Made by a program: the position numbers and the translations under genes
The notes under the pieces: generated by a model
Seen by the model: only the letters and a program-made list of their open reading frames with translations
Told to the model about the DNA's origin: nothing
The model's database searches: none
Shown here: positions 45,831 to 55,940 of the stretch, piece after piece
Position numbering within the stretch: the stretch's first letter is position 1
Layout of the letters: every line of letters starts with the position of its first letter
Assembly: GCA_965250285.1 (NCBI GenBank)
Contig: OZ252299.1
Coordinates: forward strand, 2,944,001 to 3,008,000
DNA: 64,000 nucleotides
Direction of reading: 5' to 3'
DNA from: Myxococcota bacterium
Lineage (GTDB): Bacteria > Myxococcota_A > UBA9160 > UBA4427

Positions 45831-47030
45831 TCAGGGCTGCATCTGGCGCAGGAGCCCTTCGATCTCAGCGGCGCCGAAGTACTTCGGAGCCGGGTAGTTC
45901 AGGTGCGCCTCGGCGGCGGCCTGTGCCGCGATCGCCGGCACATCGGTCGGCTGCAGCACGTCGAGTGTGGACGGGATGTCGATCTTCGACATCAGATCGC
46001 GGACGGCGGCAATGAAGCCATCGGCGAGTGCGGCGTCGCCGTGCCCTTCGACCCCGATCAAGCGACCGAGCGCCGCGAGCTGCGGGCCGGCCTTCTCCTT
46101 CGACGCTTCGAGCACGTGGGGGAGCGCGATGGCGTTCGCCAGACCGTGGGGTGTGCCGTAGAACGCGCCGAAGGTGTGTGCGATCGCATGGACGTAGCCC
46201 ACGCTCGTCCGCGTGAAGGCGAGCCCCGCGTAGTACGAGGCGAGCGCCATGGCCTTGCGCGCCGCGAGATCGTCCCCGCGATGCACCGCGGTCGGCAGGT
46301 GTTCGAAGATGAGCCGAACGGCATCGGACGCCCAGGCTTCGGTCTGGGGGTTCGACATGCGCGAGAGGGTCGACTCGACCGCGTGCGTGAGCGCATCCAT
46401 GCCGGTGGCGGCGGTGATCTTCGGGGGGAGCCCCGTCATGAGCGTCGGGTCGAGGGCCGCCATGCGCGGCAGGAGCTTCGGATCGACGAAGAACTTCTTC
46501 GCGTGCGACTGCGGATCGGATACGACGGCCGCGAGCGTCACCTCGCTGCCCGTCCCCGCCGTCGTCGGCAATGCATACAGCGGCGCGGTCGCTTCGCGCA
46601 CCTTCATGCTGCCTTCGAGCTGCGCGAGCGGGCCGCGGTTCGTCGCCATCGCGGCGATCACCTTCGCGGCATCGATCGAAGACCCACCGCCGACGGCGAG
46701 GATCGCGTCGCAGCCATCGGCGTCGTACAGCGCGAGACCGGCTTCGACCTGATCGAAGACCGGATCGGGCTCGACCCCCGAGTAGACCGACACCGCGAGG
46801 TTCGAAGCCGCGAGCGTCGACTCGACGCGGCCCACGATGCCGACGCGAACCAGCCCGGCATCGGTGACGATGAGGACGCGCGTGGCGCCGCCTTGACCGA
46901 TCGCCTCGCACAGCTCGCGGGTGGCGTCGCTGCCGACGAACGTGACCGGCACCCGATCGGGGATGAACCGCACCATCATGCTGCCGAGCGGCAGAACGGC
47001 GTGGTGGACCATCTTCTTGAATCGCGACAT
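45831..47030 (-). CDS. Iron-containing alcohol dehydrogenase
   Basis: GGGSSIDAAK, PTTAGTGSE, DALTHAVE, GYVHAIAH, HGLANA. Confidence 0.93.
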   Translation of the reverse strand: MSRFKKMVHHAVLPLGSMMVRFIPDRVPVTFVGSDATRELCEAIGQGGATRVLIVTDAGLVRVGIVGRVESTLAASNLAVSVYSGVEPDPVFDQVEAGLALYDADGCDAILAVGGGSSIDAAKVIAAMATNRGPLAQLEGSMKVREATAPLYALPTTAGTGSEVTLAAVVSDPQSHAKKFFVDPKLLPRMAALDPTLMTGLPPKITAATGMDALTHAVESTLSRMSNPQTEAWASDAVRLIFEHLPTAVHRGDDLAARKAMALASYYAGLAFTRTSVGYVHAIAHTFGAFYGTPHGLANAIALPHVLEASKEKAGPQLAALGRLIGVEGHGDAALADGFIAAVRDLMSKIDIPSTLDVLQPTDVPAIAAQAAAEAHLNYPAPKYFGAAEIEGLLRQMQP

Positions 47031-47213
47031 GGCTCGGCGCCTTTTCCTCTGTGGTCTGGACCCGGCGAAGCTAGCAGAGCGCCGGGGGGAGGAAGCCTCA
47101 CGGTGCTGGCCTCGCGCGGGCAGCCACGGCCGACGTCGACGCGGCTCGCGCGCACGGGATCGAGTCTGCTAGAACCAGGGAGACGTTCTTGCACGTCGAA
47201 GGAGGAGCCCCAC

Positions 47214-47384
47214 ATGATCATCGTGAAGCTGATCTTCGCGTTCCTGCTCCCGCCAGTGACCGCGTACCTGCAGGTCGGGATCACGACACACTTCTGGATC
47301 AACCTGGCGCTCACGATCCTCGGCGGCCTGCCCGGGATCCTCCACGCACTCTGGCTCGTCTTCAGCGACCGGCAGCCCGACTAG
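47214..47384 (+). CDS. YqaE/Pmp3 family small membrane protein
   Basis: AFLLPPV...FWINL.LT.LG..PG.LHALW; RBS AAGGAGG. Confidence 0.88.
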   Translation: MIIVKLIFAFLLPPVTAYLQVGITTHFWINLALTILGGLPGILHALWLVFSDRQPD

Positions 47385-47404
47385 GCGGTGGGCTACACGC
47401 CGCC

Positions 47405-48388
47405 ATGGAGCTCGTCGTCAGCTACGACATGCGCGCGCCCGACTTCGGCGCGCCGGCCACCGATCTCTACGCCGCGGCCCTCGACCAGGCCGCGTGGGCC
47501 GACGAGCTCGGTTTCGACCTGATCGGCCTCGGCGAGCATCACGCGAGCCCCGACGGATACAACCCTTCGCCCCTCATTCTCGCCGCAGCTATGGGCGCGC
47601 GAACGCGACGCATTCGCCTGCGCACGTCGGTGCTGCTCGCGCCGCTCTACGACCCGGTGAAGCTGGCCGAAGACGCGGCCGTCACCCAGATCGCGACGGG
47701 CGGACGCCTGCTGCTGGGCGTCGGCGGCGGCTACCGGCCCGCCGAGTTCGAGCTCTTCGACAAGCGCCTCGAAGATCGCTGGAAGGCGATCGGAGACACG
47801 ATCGCCTTCCTTCGGCTGGCGTTCACCGGCGAGCCCTTCGAGTGGCAGGGGCGCACCTGCCACGTCACCCCGAAGCCCGATCCCCCGCCGCCGATCCTGC
47901 TCGGCGGCAGCTCGGCCGCCGCGGCCCGTCGAGCCGCTCGCATCGCCGACGGCTGGTTCCCGCCGCTCGAGCCAAAGCTCTGGCCGCCGTACCGCGATGC
48001 GTGCATCGAGCTCGGCAAGGCCGATCCGGGTCCCTATCCGGCGCATGGCCCGATCTTTCTCTGGATCGCGAAGGACGTCGAAGCCGCGTGGCAGCGCATC
48101 CTCCCGCACGCGCTGCATCAGCTCCGCTCGTATGCGAGCTGGACGGCCGAGTCGTTCGGCAAGCCGGCCGGACCGTATGCCGCCGGCGTCACCGAAGCGA
48201 CGGTGCGGGAGGGAGGCGCGTACCGCGTCGCGACCCCCGAAGAGGCGATCGAGCTCGCCGAGTCACTCGGCTCCGATGGCGTGTTCTACCTGAATCCGCT
48301 GCTCGCCGGCATCGCACCCGACGAGTCGTGGGCGATGCTGCGCCTCTACGAACGCGAGGTGCACCCGTACGTGCGCCCGGCGGGCTAG
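47405..48388 (+). CDS. LLM-class flavin-dependent oxidoreductase
   Basis: GEHH, PSPL...AA..ART, KLAED, GGYR..EF, RAAR..DG. Confidence 0.88.
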   Translation: MELVVSYDMRAPDFGAPATDLYAAALDQAAWADELGFDLIGLGEHHASPDGYNPSPLILAAAMGARTRRIRLRTSVLLAPLYDPVKLAEDAAVTQIATGGRLLLGVGGGYRPAEFELFDKRLEDRWKAIGDTIAFLRLAFTGEPFEWQGRTCHVTPKPDPPPPILLGGSSAAAARRAARIADGWFPPLEPKLWPPYRDACIELGKADPGPYPAHGPIFLWIAKDVEAAWQRILPHALHQLRSYASWTAESFGKPAGPYAAGVTEATVREGGAYRVATPEEAIELAESLGSDGVFYLNPLLAGIAPDESWAMLRLYEREVHPYVRPAG

Positions 48389-49092
48389 GGTGCGCCGGGC
48401 CCTGCGCCGGCCGGCTTGCGAAAGATCACCACGTGCTGTCGCGGCAGCGCCCCGTCCGTGCGCTCCCAGGCGAGACCCAGGCGTTCGATCTCGCGCCGAA
48501 CCTGAGCCTCACTCATCTTGTGCAGCGGTTTGATCGGGACCGAAGGATCTTCTTCGCGATACTCGACGAGCACGAGCCGGCCGCCCGGGCGAAGCGCGCG
48601 CACCATCGCTGCGCCCATCTCCGCCGGATGCGAGAACTCGTGATATGCGTCGACGATGAGGATCAGGTCGACGCCGGCCTCGGGTAGGCCCGGATCGCGC
48701 GTCTGCCCGAGAATCGTCCGAACGTTCTCGACCCCGCGCTCGCGCTTGCGCACCTCGATGATCGCCAGCATCTCGGGCTGGATGTCGACCGCGAGCACGC
48801 TGCCGCGCGAAACGCGCTCGGCCATCGGGAAAGCGAAGAAGCCGGTGCCGGCGCCGATGTCGGCGACGACGTCGTCCGGCTCGACGGGCAGGATCTCGAC
48901 GAGCTTCGACGTGCCTTCCTCGCGGTCGCGGCTCGAGCGCTCGAGCCAGCCGGCGCCGCGGTGGCCCATCACCTGGGCGATCTCGCGCCCCATGTAGAAT
49001 CGACCGGTTCCGTCGCGACTCGCGCGCCGGGTCTCATAGAGCGCACCGCTGCCCGCGGCCGCCACCGACAGCAACGCGAGCAAGGCGAGCAC
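48385..49092 (-). CDS. Class I SAM-dependent methyltransferase with N-terminal signal
   Basis: YMGREIAQVMG, VADIGAGTG, VDAYHEF, IKPLHKM. Confidence 0.85.
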   Translation of the reverse strand: MLALLALLSVAAAGSGALYETRRASRDGTGRFYMGREIAQVMGHRGAGWLERSSRDREEGTSKLVEILPVEPDDVVADIGAGTGFFAFPMAERVSRGSVLAVDIQPEMLAIIEVRKRERGVENVRTILGQTRDPGLPEAGVDLILIVDAYHEFSHPAEMGAAMVRALRPGGRLVLVEYREEDPSVPIKPLHKMSEAQVRREIERLGLAWERTDGALPRQHVVIFRKPAGAGPGAP

Positions 49093-49148
49093 GAAGGCGC
49101 GCCGCGCACGCGCCGCGCACGGTCTCGGGATGGGCCGATCGTTCGGGC

Positions 49149-49469
49149 TCAGACTTCGAATTCGTCGCCCGACGGATGATGCTGGTCGTAGAGGCGCTGG
49201 TACTCGTCGAGACTCGTGACGCCGTCGCCATCGAGGTCGCTGTCTGCGAACGAGACACCGTACTCCTGCAGACCGGCTCCCTCGTACTCGGCCTGGGTCA
49301 GCGCGCCGTCGCCGTCCTCGTCGGCCTTGTCGAAGATGTGCTGCACCATCGACGTAGCGCCGCAGCCCGGTCCCGCCCAGGCGGCGGTGCCGAAGAAGCT
49401 GGCGATCGCGATCAGAATCGAAAGAATCAGTGTGCGTCGCATGCGGTGGATCCTCGCTTGAGAGTTCAT
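49149..49469 (-). CDS. Small exported EF-hand protein
   Basis: Signal peptide ending AWA; DEDGDGALTQAE and DLDGDGVTSLDE loops; start 49469 or 49442. Confidence 0.8.
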   Translation of the reverse strand: MNSQARIHRMRRTLILSILIAIASFFGTAAWAGPGCGATSMVQHIFDKADEDGDGALTQAEYEGAGLQEYGVSFADSDLDGDGVTSLDEYQRLYDQHHPSGDEFEV

Positions 49470-49671
49470 CGTTTCGATGCCCCGACGCGCGAAGCCGTCA
49501 CCGCCGACCGACACGACCCCGGGGACCCGTGCCGACGCTGACGCACGTCGCCGGCGCTGTCCAGATTCGCACCGCCACACCTTGCGGCTTCCCACTCCCA
49601 GGCCGAGCCCATATGCTCGGCCTCTCGGCGGTCGCCCCCGGCCGCCGCGCGCGCCCCGGTCGGGATCTGCC

Positions 49672-50223
49672 TTGGACACCGCAGCCGCCCTCCTCCTGGT
49701 CGTCTACCTCGTGCCCTTCGCCGTCGCGGAGGCCTATGGGCACCGGCATCGTTACGCGGTGCTCGCACTGAACATGCTGACGGGCTGGACTGGCGTCGGA
49801 TGGGTCGCCGCGCTCGTGTGGGCGCTGCGCGCGCGGCCTCGCCCCGCGCCCCCGCCGCCCCAGCTGTACGTCGTCGGGCAGCCGCCGCCCGTCGAGCTGC
49901 CCGGTTTCTGGCGCACGACCTGGCCCGCGACGTGGATGGCGATCGCGGTCTGCGCAGCGGGTGCCGGGCTCTTCCTGCTGCCGGCCACCCCGCCCGAGCG
50001 CGTCGAGGTCTCGACCCGCGCCGGTCTGGCGGTCGAGCGCACCGAGCTGCGCGCCGGCCCGAGCGACGCCTGGCCGCGCGACGGTGTCCTCGAGCAACCC
50101 TGTCAGCTGCACGTGAGCGCGCGCCAGGGTGACTGGCGGCGGGTGTGGCCCCTCTCGCCGTGCGGCGGAGACAGCGCGAGCAGCGCCGGATGGCTGCGCG
50201 CCAGCGACCTCACCGCACACTGA
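49672..50223 (+). CDS. Superinfection-immunity (T4 Imm-like) domain fused to a TM and an SH3b-like domain
   Basis: YLVPF.VA....H.......LN.LTGWTG.GW.AAL.WA; later LRAGPS...GDW.RV...GWL; TTG start 49672 inferred. Confidence 0.7.
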   Translation: MDTAAALLLVVYLVPFAVAEAYGHRHRYAVLALNMLTGWTGVGWVAALVWALRARPRPAPPPPQLYVVGQPPPVELPGFWRTTWPATWMAIAVCAAGAGLFLLPATPPERVEVSTRAGLAVERTELRAGPSDAWPRDGVLEQPCQLHVSARQGDWRRVWPLSPCGGDSASSAGWLRASDLTAH

Positions 50224-50232
50224 GGCCGCACC

Positions 50233-51519
50233 TCAGCCGCCGACGACCGCCCCCGGTGTGAATCGACAGGGCATGCGCTTGATGCCGTGGACGAAGTTCG
50301 ACACGAGCCGCTCGGGGTCGCCGGTGATCTCGAGATCGGGCATGCGGTCGAAGATCTGCCGAAACATCACGCGGATCTCGCGCCGCGCGAGGTTCGCCCC
50401 CATGCAGTAGTGCGGTCCGGGTCCACCGAAGCCAACGTGTTCGTTCGGCGTGCGCAACACGTCGAACGCGTAGGGATCGTCGAAGACGGCGGCGTCGCGG
50501 TTGGCCGACGCGTACCAGAGGGCGAGCTTGTCGCCGGCCTTCAGCGGCACGCCCGAGAGCTCGGTGTCCTGCGTACAGGTGCGGCGCATGTGGATCACGG
50601 GGCTCGCCCACCGCACGATCTCGTCGACCGCCGTGCCCGCGTGCCCTTCGAAATCGTCGGCCCAGATCCGGCGCTGATCCGGGTAGTCGCAGAGCGCCTT
50701 CATCCCGTGGCTGATGGCGTTGCGCGTCGTCTCGTTGCCGGCGACGACGAGCAGGATGAAGAACGAAGAGAGCTCTGCGTCGGTCATCACTTCGTCGTCT
50801 TCGGCCGCGGTGATGATCGCCGTCGTGAGGTCTTCGGTCGGGTTCTTGCGGCGGTCGGCCGCCATGTCCTTCATCAGCGCGTCGAGCTGTCCGCCCGCCT
50901 CCATCGCTGCCGCGATCGGGTTGTTGCCCGGCGTGACGTAGTCGGGATCGGCGAGACCGAGGATCACGTTCGACTTCTCGAAGACCATCTCGCGCTGGCT
51001 GTCGGGGATCCCCATCATGTCGCAGATGATCTCGAGCGGGAGCGGTGCGGCGATGTCGGCGACGAAGTCGCATTCTCCCTTCTCGATGATGCGGTCGACG
51101 ATCTTCGAGGCGAGCGCGTCGATGCCCGACTCGATGCGACCGAGAGCGCGGGGCGTGAAGCCGCGCGAAACGATGCGCCGCTGCTTGCCGTGGCGAGGAT
51201 CATCGAGGTTGATCATGCCGCCGAAGAACTCGAGCATCATCGGCGGCAGGTCCATGATCGAGGTCGCGCCCTTGCCCGAGCAGTAGATCTCGGGGTTTCG
51301 GCTGATCTCGAGGATGTCGGCGTGCCGCGTGACGCTGTAGAAGCCGGGTCCCTTCGGCAGCGGGATGTCGGGCGGCGGCTCGAGCTCCTCCATGAACCGA
51401 ATCGGATCTTCGTTGCGCAGGGTCTCGAAGCCGCCCTCCCGCTCTTCGATGGACGCCGTCCAGAAGTCCTCGCCCATCAGATCGATCTCTTCGAGCGCCC
51501 AGCGCTTCACCGGCTTCAT
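50233..51519 (-). CDS. Cytochrome P450 (resembles the CYP124/125/142 group)
   Basis: VVAGNETTRN, EIVRWASPV, SANRD, heme motif GFGGPGPHYCMG. Confidence 0.93.
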   Translation of the reverse strand: MKPVKRWALEEIDLMGEDFWTASIEEREGGFETLRNEDPIRFMEELEPPPDIPLPKGPGFYSVTRHADILEISRNPEIYCSGKGATSIMDLPPMMLEFFGGMINLDDPRHGKQRRIVSRGFTPRALGRIESGIDALASKIVDRIIEKGECDFVADIAAPLPLEIICDMMGIPDSQREMVFEKSNVILGLADPDYVTPGNNPIAAAMEAGGQLDALMKDMAADRRKNPTEDLTTAIITAAEDDEVMTDAELSSFFILLVVAGNETTRNAISHGMKALCDYPDQRRIWADDFEGHAGTAVDEIVRWASPVIHMRRTCTQDTELSGVPLKAGDKLALWYASANRDAAVFDDPYAFDVLRTPNEHVGFGGPGPHYCMGANLARREIRVMFRQIFDRMPDLEITGDPERLVSNFVHGIKRMPCRFTPGAVVGG

Positions 51520-51776
51520 CTCTCGGCTCCCCATTTCGGCCGACCGCTTCAGGCGCCCGGTTCGTCGGAGTATCCACGCCTCTCGCCAGCGCGCGAGCCG
51601 CGGCGCAACACACGATTCGCGATCGCCCAACCCCCCGAATCCGTTGATGTTCCCGCCGGCGCACCGCACCGGCGGCCGGTCTGCGACTCGTGCCGAAGCG
51701 GCGAATGACCGATGAGCCTCGACGGACGCATGCAGCCGACCGGCTGGTATCATGCGGCCCGCAACCGGGGGGTTCG

Positions 51777-52514
51777 ATGCAGCTTCATTCTCAGCGCGCT
51801 CGTCGCGCCGGCCGGACGGCCCGCGTGGTCGGCGGGGTCGCCGCCGTGGTGTTCGCCCTGTCGAGCCCGGCGGCCGCGCAGCCCGAGGAGCAGGACGCCG
51901 AGAGCGCGACCCCCGCCCCGCCCCCGACGCAGCCCATCGACACCTCGAAGCACGGCACGGTCGAAGCCGAGATCCCGCCCAATCGCGAGAGCACCACCGG
52001 CGTGCCCAACCGCGAGCAGGTGAAGGACCGCCTCACCGAGCCGCGCTGGGATCGAGGCGGCTACTTCCTGGGGCTCGGCGGTCACTACGCGATCGAGTTC
52101 ACGGAGCAGATCGGCGGCAGCGACGCGTTCGCGAGTGGCGGCGGGGTGTCGATGCGTGTCGGGCTCAAGCACAACCGGTTCTGGCAGACCGAATTCACCG
52201 GCATGTACACGTCGAAGTTCAAGCAGGACGGCGTCGACTTCTTCGCCTGGGGTGTGCACTTCGGCGAGCGCTTCTATCTGACGAAGACGCGGCTCCAGCC
52301 CTACGTCGGGGCGCATGTCGGGTTCTTGCAATACCGCGGCACGAACTACCGGGGCGGTGACTTCGGCTTCGTGCCCAAGTTCAACGCTGGGCTGAACTTC
52401 TATCAGCGACAGACGTTCAACTGGGAGCTCGACATCTCGTACTACCTGGGCGAGATCGGATCGGCCCGAGACGGCAGCTTCGCGACGGCCACGTTCGGCT
52501 TCACCTGGTTCTGA
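51777..52514 (+). CDS. Small outer-membrane beta-barrel protein
   Basis: Signal peptide ending AAA|Q, alternating aromatic strands, LQPYVG, terminal FGFTWF. Confidence 0.75.
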   Translation: MQLHSQRARRAGRTARVVGGVAAVVFALSSPAAAQPEEQDAESATPAPPPTQPIDTSKHGTVEAEIPPNRESTTGVPNREQVKDRLTEPRWDRGGYFLGLGGHYAIEFTEQIGGSDAFASGGGVSMRVGLKHNRFWQTEFTGMYTSKFKQDGVDFFAWGVHFGERFYLTKTRLQPYVGAHVGFLQYRGTNYRGGDFGFVPKFNAGLNFYQRQTFNWELDISYYLGEIGSARDGSFATATFGFTWF

Positions 52515-52570
52515 GCGGCGGATCCCGCCGCCGCCACCGGCGCTATGCTGCGCCCCTCTCGCGAGGGTGC

Positions 52571-53854
52571 ATGCAGGGCCAGGCTTCTCTCTTCACACGC
52601 ATTCAGACCGGCCTGGGTGACCTGCGCGGTCGCGCGCTCTGGGTCGTGTTCGGCTGCCTCGTCTGTCAGATCGGGCTCGGCTATGGCTACGTGTTGGGTC
52701 CCCTCGCCGGCGACATCATCGGCGACCTCGGCTGGACGCGAGCGATGTACTCGGGGGCGCGGGCTCCCCAGCTGATCGTCGCCTCGTTGACGAGCCCGAT
52801 CGTCGGTTGGCTGGTGATCCGACAGGGCTCTCGCCGGATCCTGCTCGCCTCGATCGTCGTGCTCGCCGCGGCGTTCCTGCTGCTCGCGCACATGCAGTCG
52901 CTCTGGCAGCTCTACGTGCTGATCATGGTGCAGGGGCTGGCGGTGACCGGGCTCGGCGACATCACCGTCGGCCAGCTCGCGAGCGAGTGGGTGCAGCGCG
53001 GGCGGGGTCTCGCGCTCGGCATCGTCTACACCGGGTCGAACATCGGCGGCTACCTGATGGTCGCGCTCGCCGGCTGGATCACCGAGCTCTGGAGCTGGCG
53101 AGAGGCGTTCACGGTGATGGGCATCGGGGCGCTCGGCGTGATGCTGCCGATCGCCTGGGCCACGGCGCGCCGTCCCGATCGCGCGATCGAGCATCACCCC
53201 ATCGAGGCGAGCCCTCAGTCGACCGAGGCCGCAGCCGAAGCGGCGACGGCCGAGCCCGAGGCCTCGATGTCGGGCCCCGAGGCGATGCGTACGCGCAGCT
53301 TCTGGATCCTCGCGTTCTCGCTCTTCACGTTCTTCTTCTACTTCCTCGGCATCCTCGAACACCTCGTGCTCTTTCTCACCGACAACGGGATGGAGCGCGG
53401 CGAGGCCTTCGGCTACTTCCGCACTGCGCTTGCGCTGGGCATCGTGAGCAAGGTCGTGCTCGGGGCGCTGGCCGATCGAATCCCGCATGAGCGCGCGATC
53501 CAGGTCGACTACGCCCTGCTGGCCACGAGCTCGATCTTCCTCGTGCTGCTGCCCGAGCGCATCTGGCTCTGGCCCTTCGTGCTGAGCTACGGCGTCGCGA
53601 CGGCTGCGCGCGACGTCGTCTATCCCCTGGTGATCACGCGTTGCTTCGGGCTCGCCCACATGGCCGAGATCTACGGGTTGATCATGCTCGGCCTGCTGGT
53701 CGGGGGCACGACGGGGCCGGTCTTCGCCGCTGCGATCCACGACCACTTCGGCAGCTACGACCTCGCCTTTCGCACGTTCGCCGCCCTGAACGTCCTCTCG
53801 ACGATCGCGCTGCTCTTCGTCCGCAACGAGCGGCCCATGCAGACGGCAACGTGA
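52571..53854 (+). CDS. MFS transporter
   Basis: About 12 hydrophobic segments, RGLALGI, G.LADRI, GPV.A..IHD..GSY. Confidence 0.9.
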   Translation: MQGQASLFTRIQTGLGDLRGRALWVVFGCLVCQIGLGYGYVLGPLAGDIIGDLGWTRAMYSGARAPQLIVASLTSPIVGWLVIRQGSRRILLASIVVLAAAFLLLAHMQSLWQLYVLIMVQGLAVTGLGDITVGQLASEWVQRGRGLALGIVYTGSNIGGYLMVALAGWITELWSWREAFTVMGIGALGVMLPIAWATARRPDRAIEHHPIEASPQSTEAAAEAATAEPEASMSGPEAMRTRSFWILAFSLFTFFFYFLGILEHLVLFLTDNGMERGEAFGYFRTALALGIVSKVVLGALADRIPHERAIQVDYALLATSSIFLVLLPERIWLWPFVLSYGVATAARDVVYPLVITRCFGLAHMAEIYGLIMLGLLVGGTTGPVFAAAIHDHFGSYDLAFRTFAALNVLSTIALLFVRNERPMQTAT

Positions 53855-53951
53855 CACCCAGCTGGGCGGCGTTGTCGCCGCCGCCGATCTCGGCTTAACT
53901 TCGCCCGACGCTGCGGGCGAGTCGCCCGACGCGGCAGCGAGGAATCCCGCC

Positions 53952-54041
53952 ATGACGTTCTTCACGGTGCGGGTCCGTGGCCTCCGCGAGGCGCCCGAGA
54001 CGGGCGCGCACGACGAGGCTCGGTCAGCACTTCCTTCATAG
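53952..54041 (+). promoter_or_regulatory. Candidate leader-peptide ORF (29 aa, MTFFTVRVRG...) overlapping the erm-like start
   Basis: GAGGA 8 nt before ATG 53952; TAG 54039-54041; R-V-R at codons 7-9. Confidence 0.35.
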
Positions 54042-54825
54042 ACCCGAGCGCTGTGCCCAGCTCGTCGCCACGGCGGGCCTGAGTGAGACCGACTGCGTCG
54101 TCGAGATCGGTGCCGGGCGAGGTGCGCTCACGGGGCTCCTGGCCGAGCGCGCCCGCCGCGTGATCGCGGTCGAGTTCGATCCGGGGTGCGTGCGCGCACT
54201 TCGCGCCGCGTTCGGCCGCTCGCGTCGGATCGACGTCGTCGAGGCCGACTTTCTGCAGTGGCCGCTCCCACGTGGGCCCTACAAGGTCTTCGCCAACCCA
54301 CCCTTCGGTCACACCGCCGCGATCGTACGGCGGCTGACCGAGAGCGATCGGCCTCCCGAAGAGGCCTGGCTCGTGCTCGAAGACGCGGCCGCCCGTCGTT
54401 TCACCGGCGCTCCGTGGGCGCCCGAAACCCTGCGCTCGCTGCTCCTCAAGCCCGCGTGGCACCTCGAGCTGCGCGCCGAGCTCGGCCCGGGCGACTTCTC
54501 ACCGCCAGCCGCCCGCCGGTGCGCCCTGCTCTGGATGAGCCGGCGACAGCACGCGCTCATCGCCCCCGACCGGCGCGCGCTCTGGAACGATTTCGTCGCG
54601 CACGCGTTCGGTCGACATGGCAACGTGCTCGAACGTTGCCTGCAGGGCGTGCTCACCAGAGAGCAGGTGCGCCGCTGCGCACGATCGCTCCGCTTCGACG
54701 CGCAGGCCGCGCCGTCGGCGCTGGGTTTCGAGCAGTGGCTCGGGCTGTTTCGATGCTTCGAAGAGCGAGCGGGTCGGAGCGCCAGACGGCGCGTGCGCGG
54801 CGCCCTCGAACGGCTCCCCCGCTAG
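53977..54825 (+). CDS. rRNA adenine N6-methyltransferase, Erm-like
   Basis: LGQHFL, VVEIGAGRGALT, ADFL, VFANPPF, F.P, C-terminal L.FEQWL.LF. Confidence 0.78.
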   Translation: MASARRPRRARTTRLGQHFLHRPERCAQLVATAGLSETDCVVEIGAGRGALTGLLAERARRVIAVEFDPGCVRALRAAFGRSRRIDVVEADFLQWPLPRGPYKVFANPPFGHTAAIVRRLTESDRPPEEAWLVLEDAAARRFTGAPWAPETLRSLLLKPAWHLELRAELGPGDFSPPAARRCALLWMSRRQHALIAPDRRALWNDFVAHAFGRHGNVLERCLQGVLTREQVRRCARSLRFDAQAAPSALGFEQWLGLFRCFEERAGRSARRRVRGALERLPR

Positions 54826-55157
54826 AGATGCTCTGCAGAACTCGCCCCCCGCCGCGGGCCGCTCTACGGGATGAACTCGATCGCTGATCAGCAGACGTTC
54901 GCAGGCGACGCTTGGAAGCGGAAGGGTCAGGGGACGCGCCGCGAGCGCTCCCACGCCAGGAGCGCCGCGCTGTGACGGAAGCGTCCCGAGGCCGGGGCAG
55001 GCGGGGGGACCGCGCGCAGTTCGCAGGCGCGACGGGCGCAACAAACGAGCTTCCCAGGCAGGTCGCGCCGAGCATGTCTGAGCACGGTGCCCCCGCCTGC
55101 CCCGGCCCTGGCACCGCCGACTGTGCAGAGGTTCCCTGGCGCCGAGAGCGCGCCGGG

Positions 55158-55940
55158 CTACGCGCGCTGGCTCGAGACCGCGACGACCTCGCCCGTCATG
55201 TAGCTCGAGTAGTCGCTCGCGAGAAAAGCCATCACGCGCGCGATCTCGTCGGGCTGGGCGCCGCGGCCATAGGCCTCGGCCGCCTCGAGCGCTTCGAGCT
55301 GATCCTTGGGTGTGGTCTTCTCGAGGAACGGATGCGTCGCGAAGCTCGGCGACACCGCATTCACGCGGATGCCGTTCGGCGCCTCTTCGAGCGCGACGCA
55401 GCGCGTGAGCGCCATGACGCCCGCCTTGGCGGCGGCGTAGTGGCTCTGACCCGCCTGGGCTCGCCACCCGAGCACCGAGGCGTTGTTGACGATCACGCCG
55501 CTCTGACGCGACTGCATGTGCGGCAGCATCGCGCGGGTCATCCGAAAGACGCTGTTGAGCGTGACGTCGAGGACGCTGAGCCACTGGTCGTCGGTCATCT
55601 CGGCGAGGTGAGTCGTGCCGCCGAGCCCGGCATTGTTGATCAGCACGTCGACGTGACCGAGGTCTTCGATCGCCGCGGCGACGAGTGCCTGAACCTCTTG
55701 CTCGTCGGTCACATTGCAGAGCCGATGGCCGACCGGCCGACCACCGACCTCGGCCAGGTTCTCGGCCGCGGCGCCCAGCCGCTTCTCGTGCAGATCGCTG
55801 ATGAAGACCCGGGCGCCCTCGTCGACGCAGCGCTTCGCCGCGGCGAAGCCGATGCCTGCGCCGGCCGCGGCCGTGATCAGCACGGTGCGACCTTCGAGCA
55901 GACCGTGGCCGGCGACCTCGGGCGCGGGGGAGTGGCTCAT
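55158..55940 (-). CDS. ipdF: SDR oxidoreductase (IpdF-like)
   Basis: GHGLL.G...LITAAAG.GIG, NNASVLGWRAQ, YAAAK, HPFLEK. Confidence 0.82.
   Translation of the reverse strand: MSHSPAPEVAGHGLLEGRTVLITAAAGAGIGFAAAKRCVDEGARVFISDLHEKRLGAAAENLAEVGGRPVGHRLCNVTDEQEVQALVAAAIEDLGHVDVLINNAGLGGTTHLAEMTDDQWLSVLDVTLNSVFRMTRAMLPHMQSRQSGVIVNNASVLGWRAQAGQSHYAAAKAGVMALTRCVALEEAPNGIRVNAVSPSFATHPFLEKTTPKDQLEALEAAEAYGRGAQPDEIARVMAFLASDYSSYMTGEVVAVSSQRA

Noticed and set aside
44850..54825. Mobile element or prophage inserted in the steroid cluster
   Set aside because: No integrase, transposase, terminal repeats or obvious compositional shift seen; the GIY-YIG protein looks UvrC-like rather than like a homing endonuclease.
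54826..55157. ncRNA or small gene in the convergent gap between the erm-like gene and ipdF
   Set aside because: No recognisable RNA family motif and no ORF with a convincing RBS.
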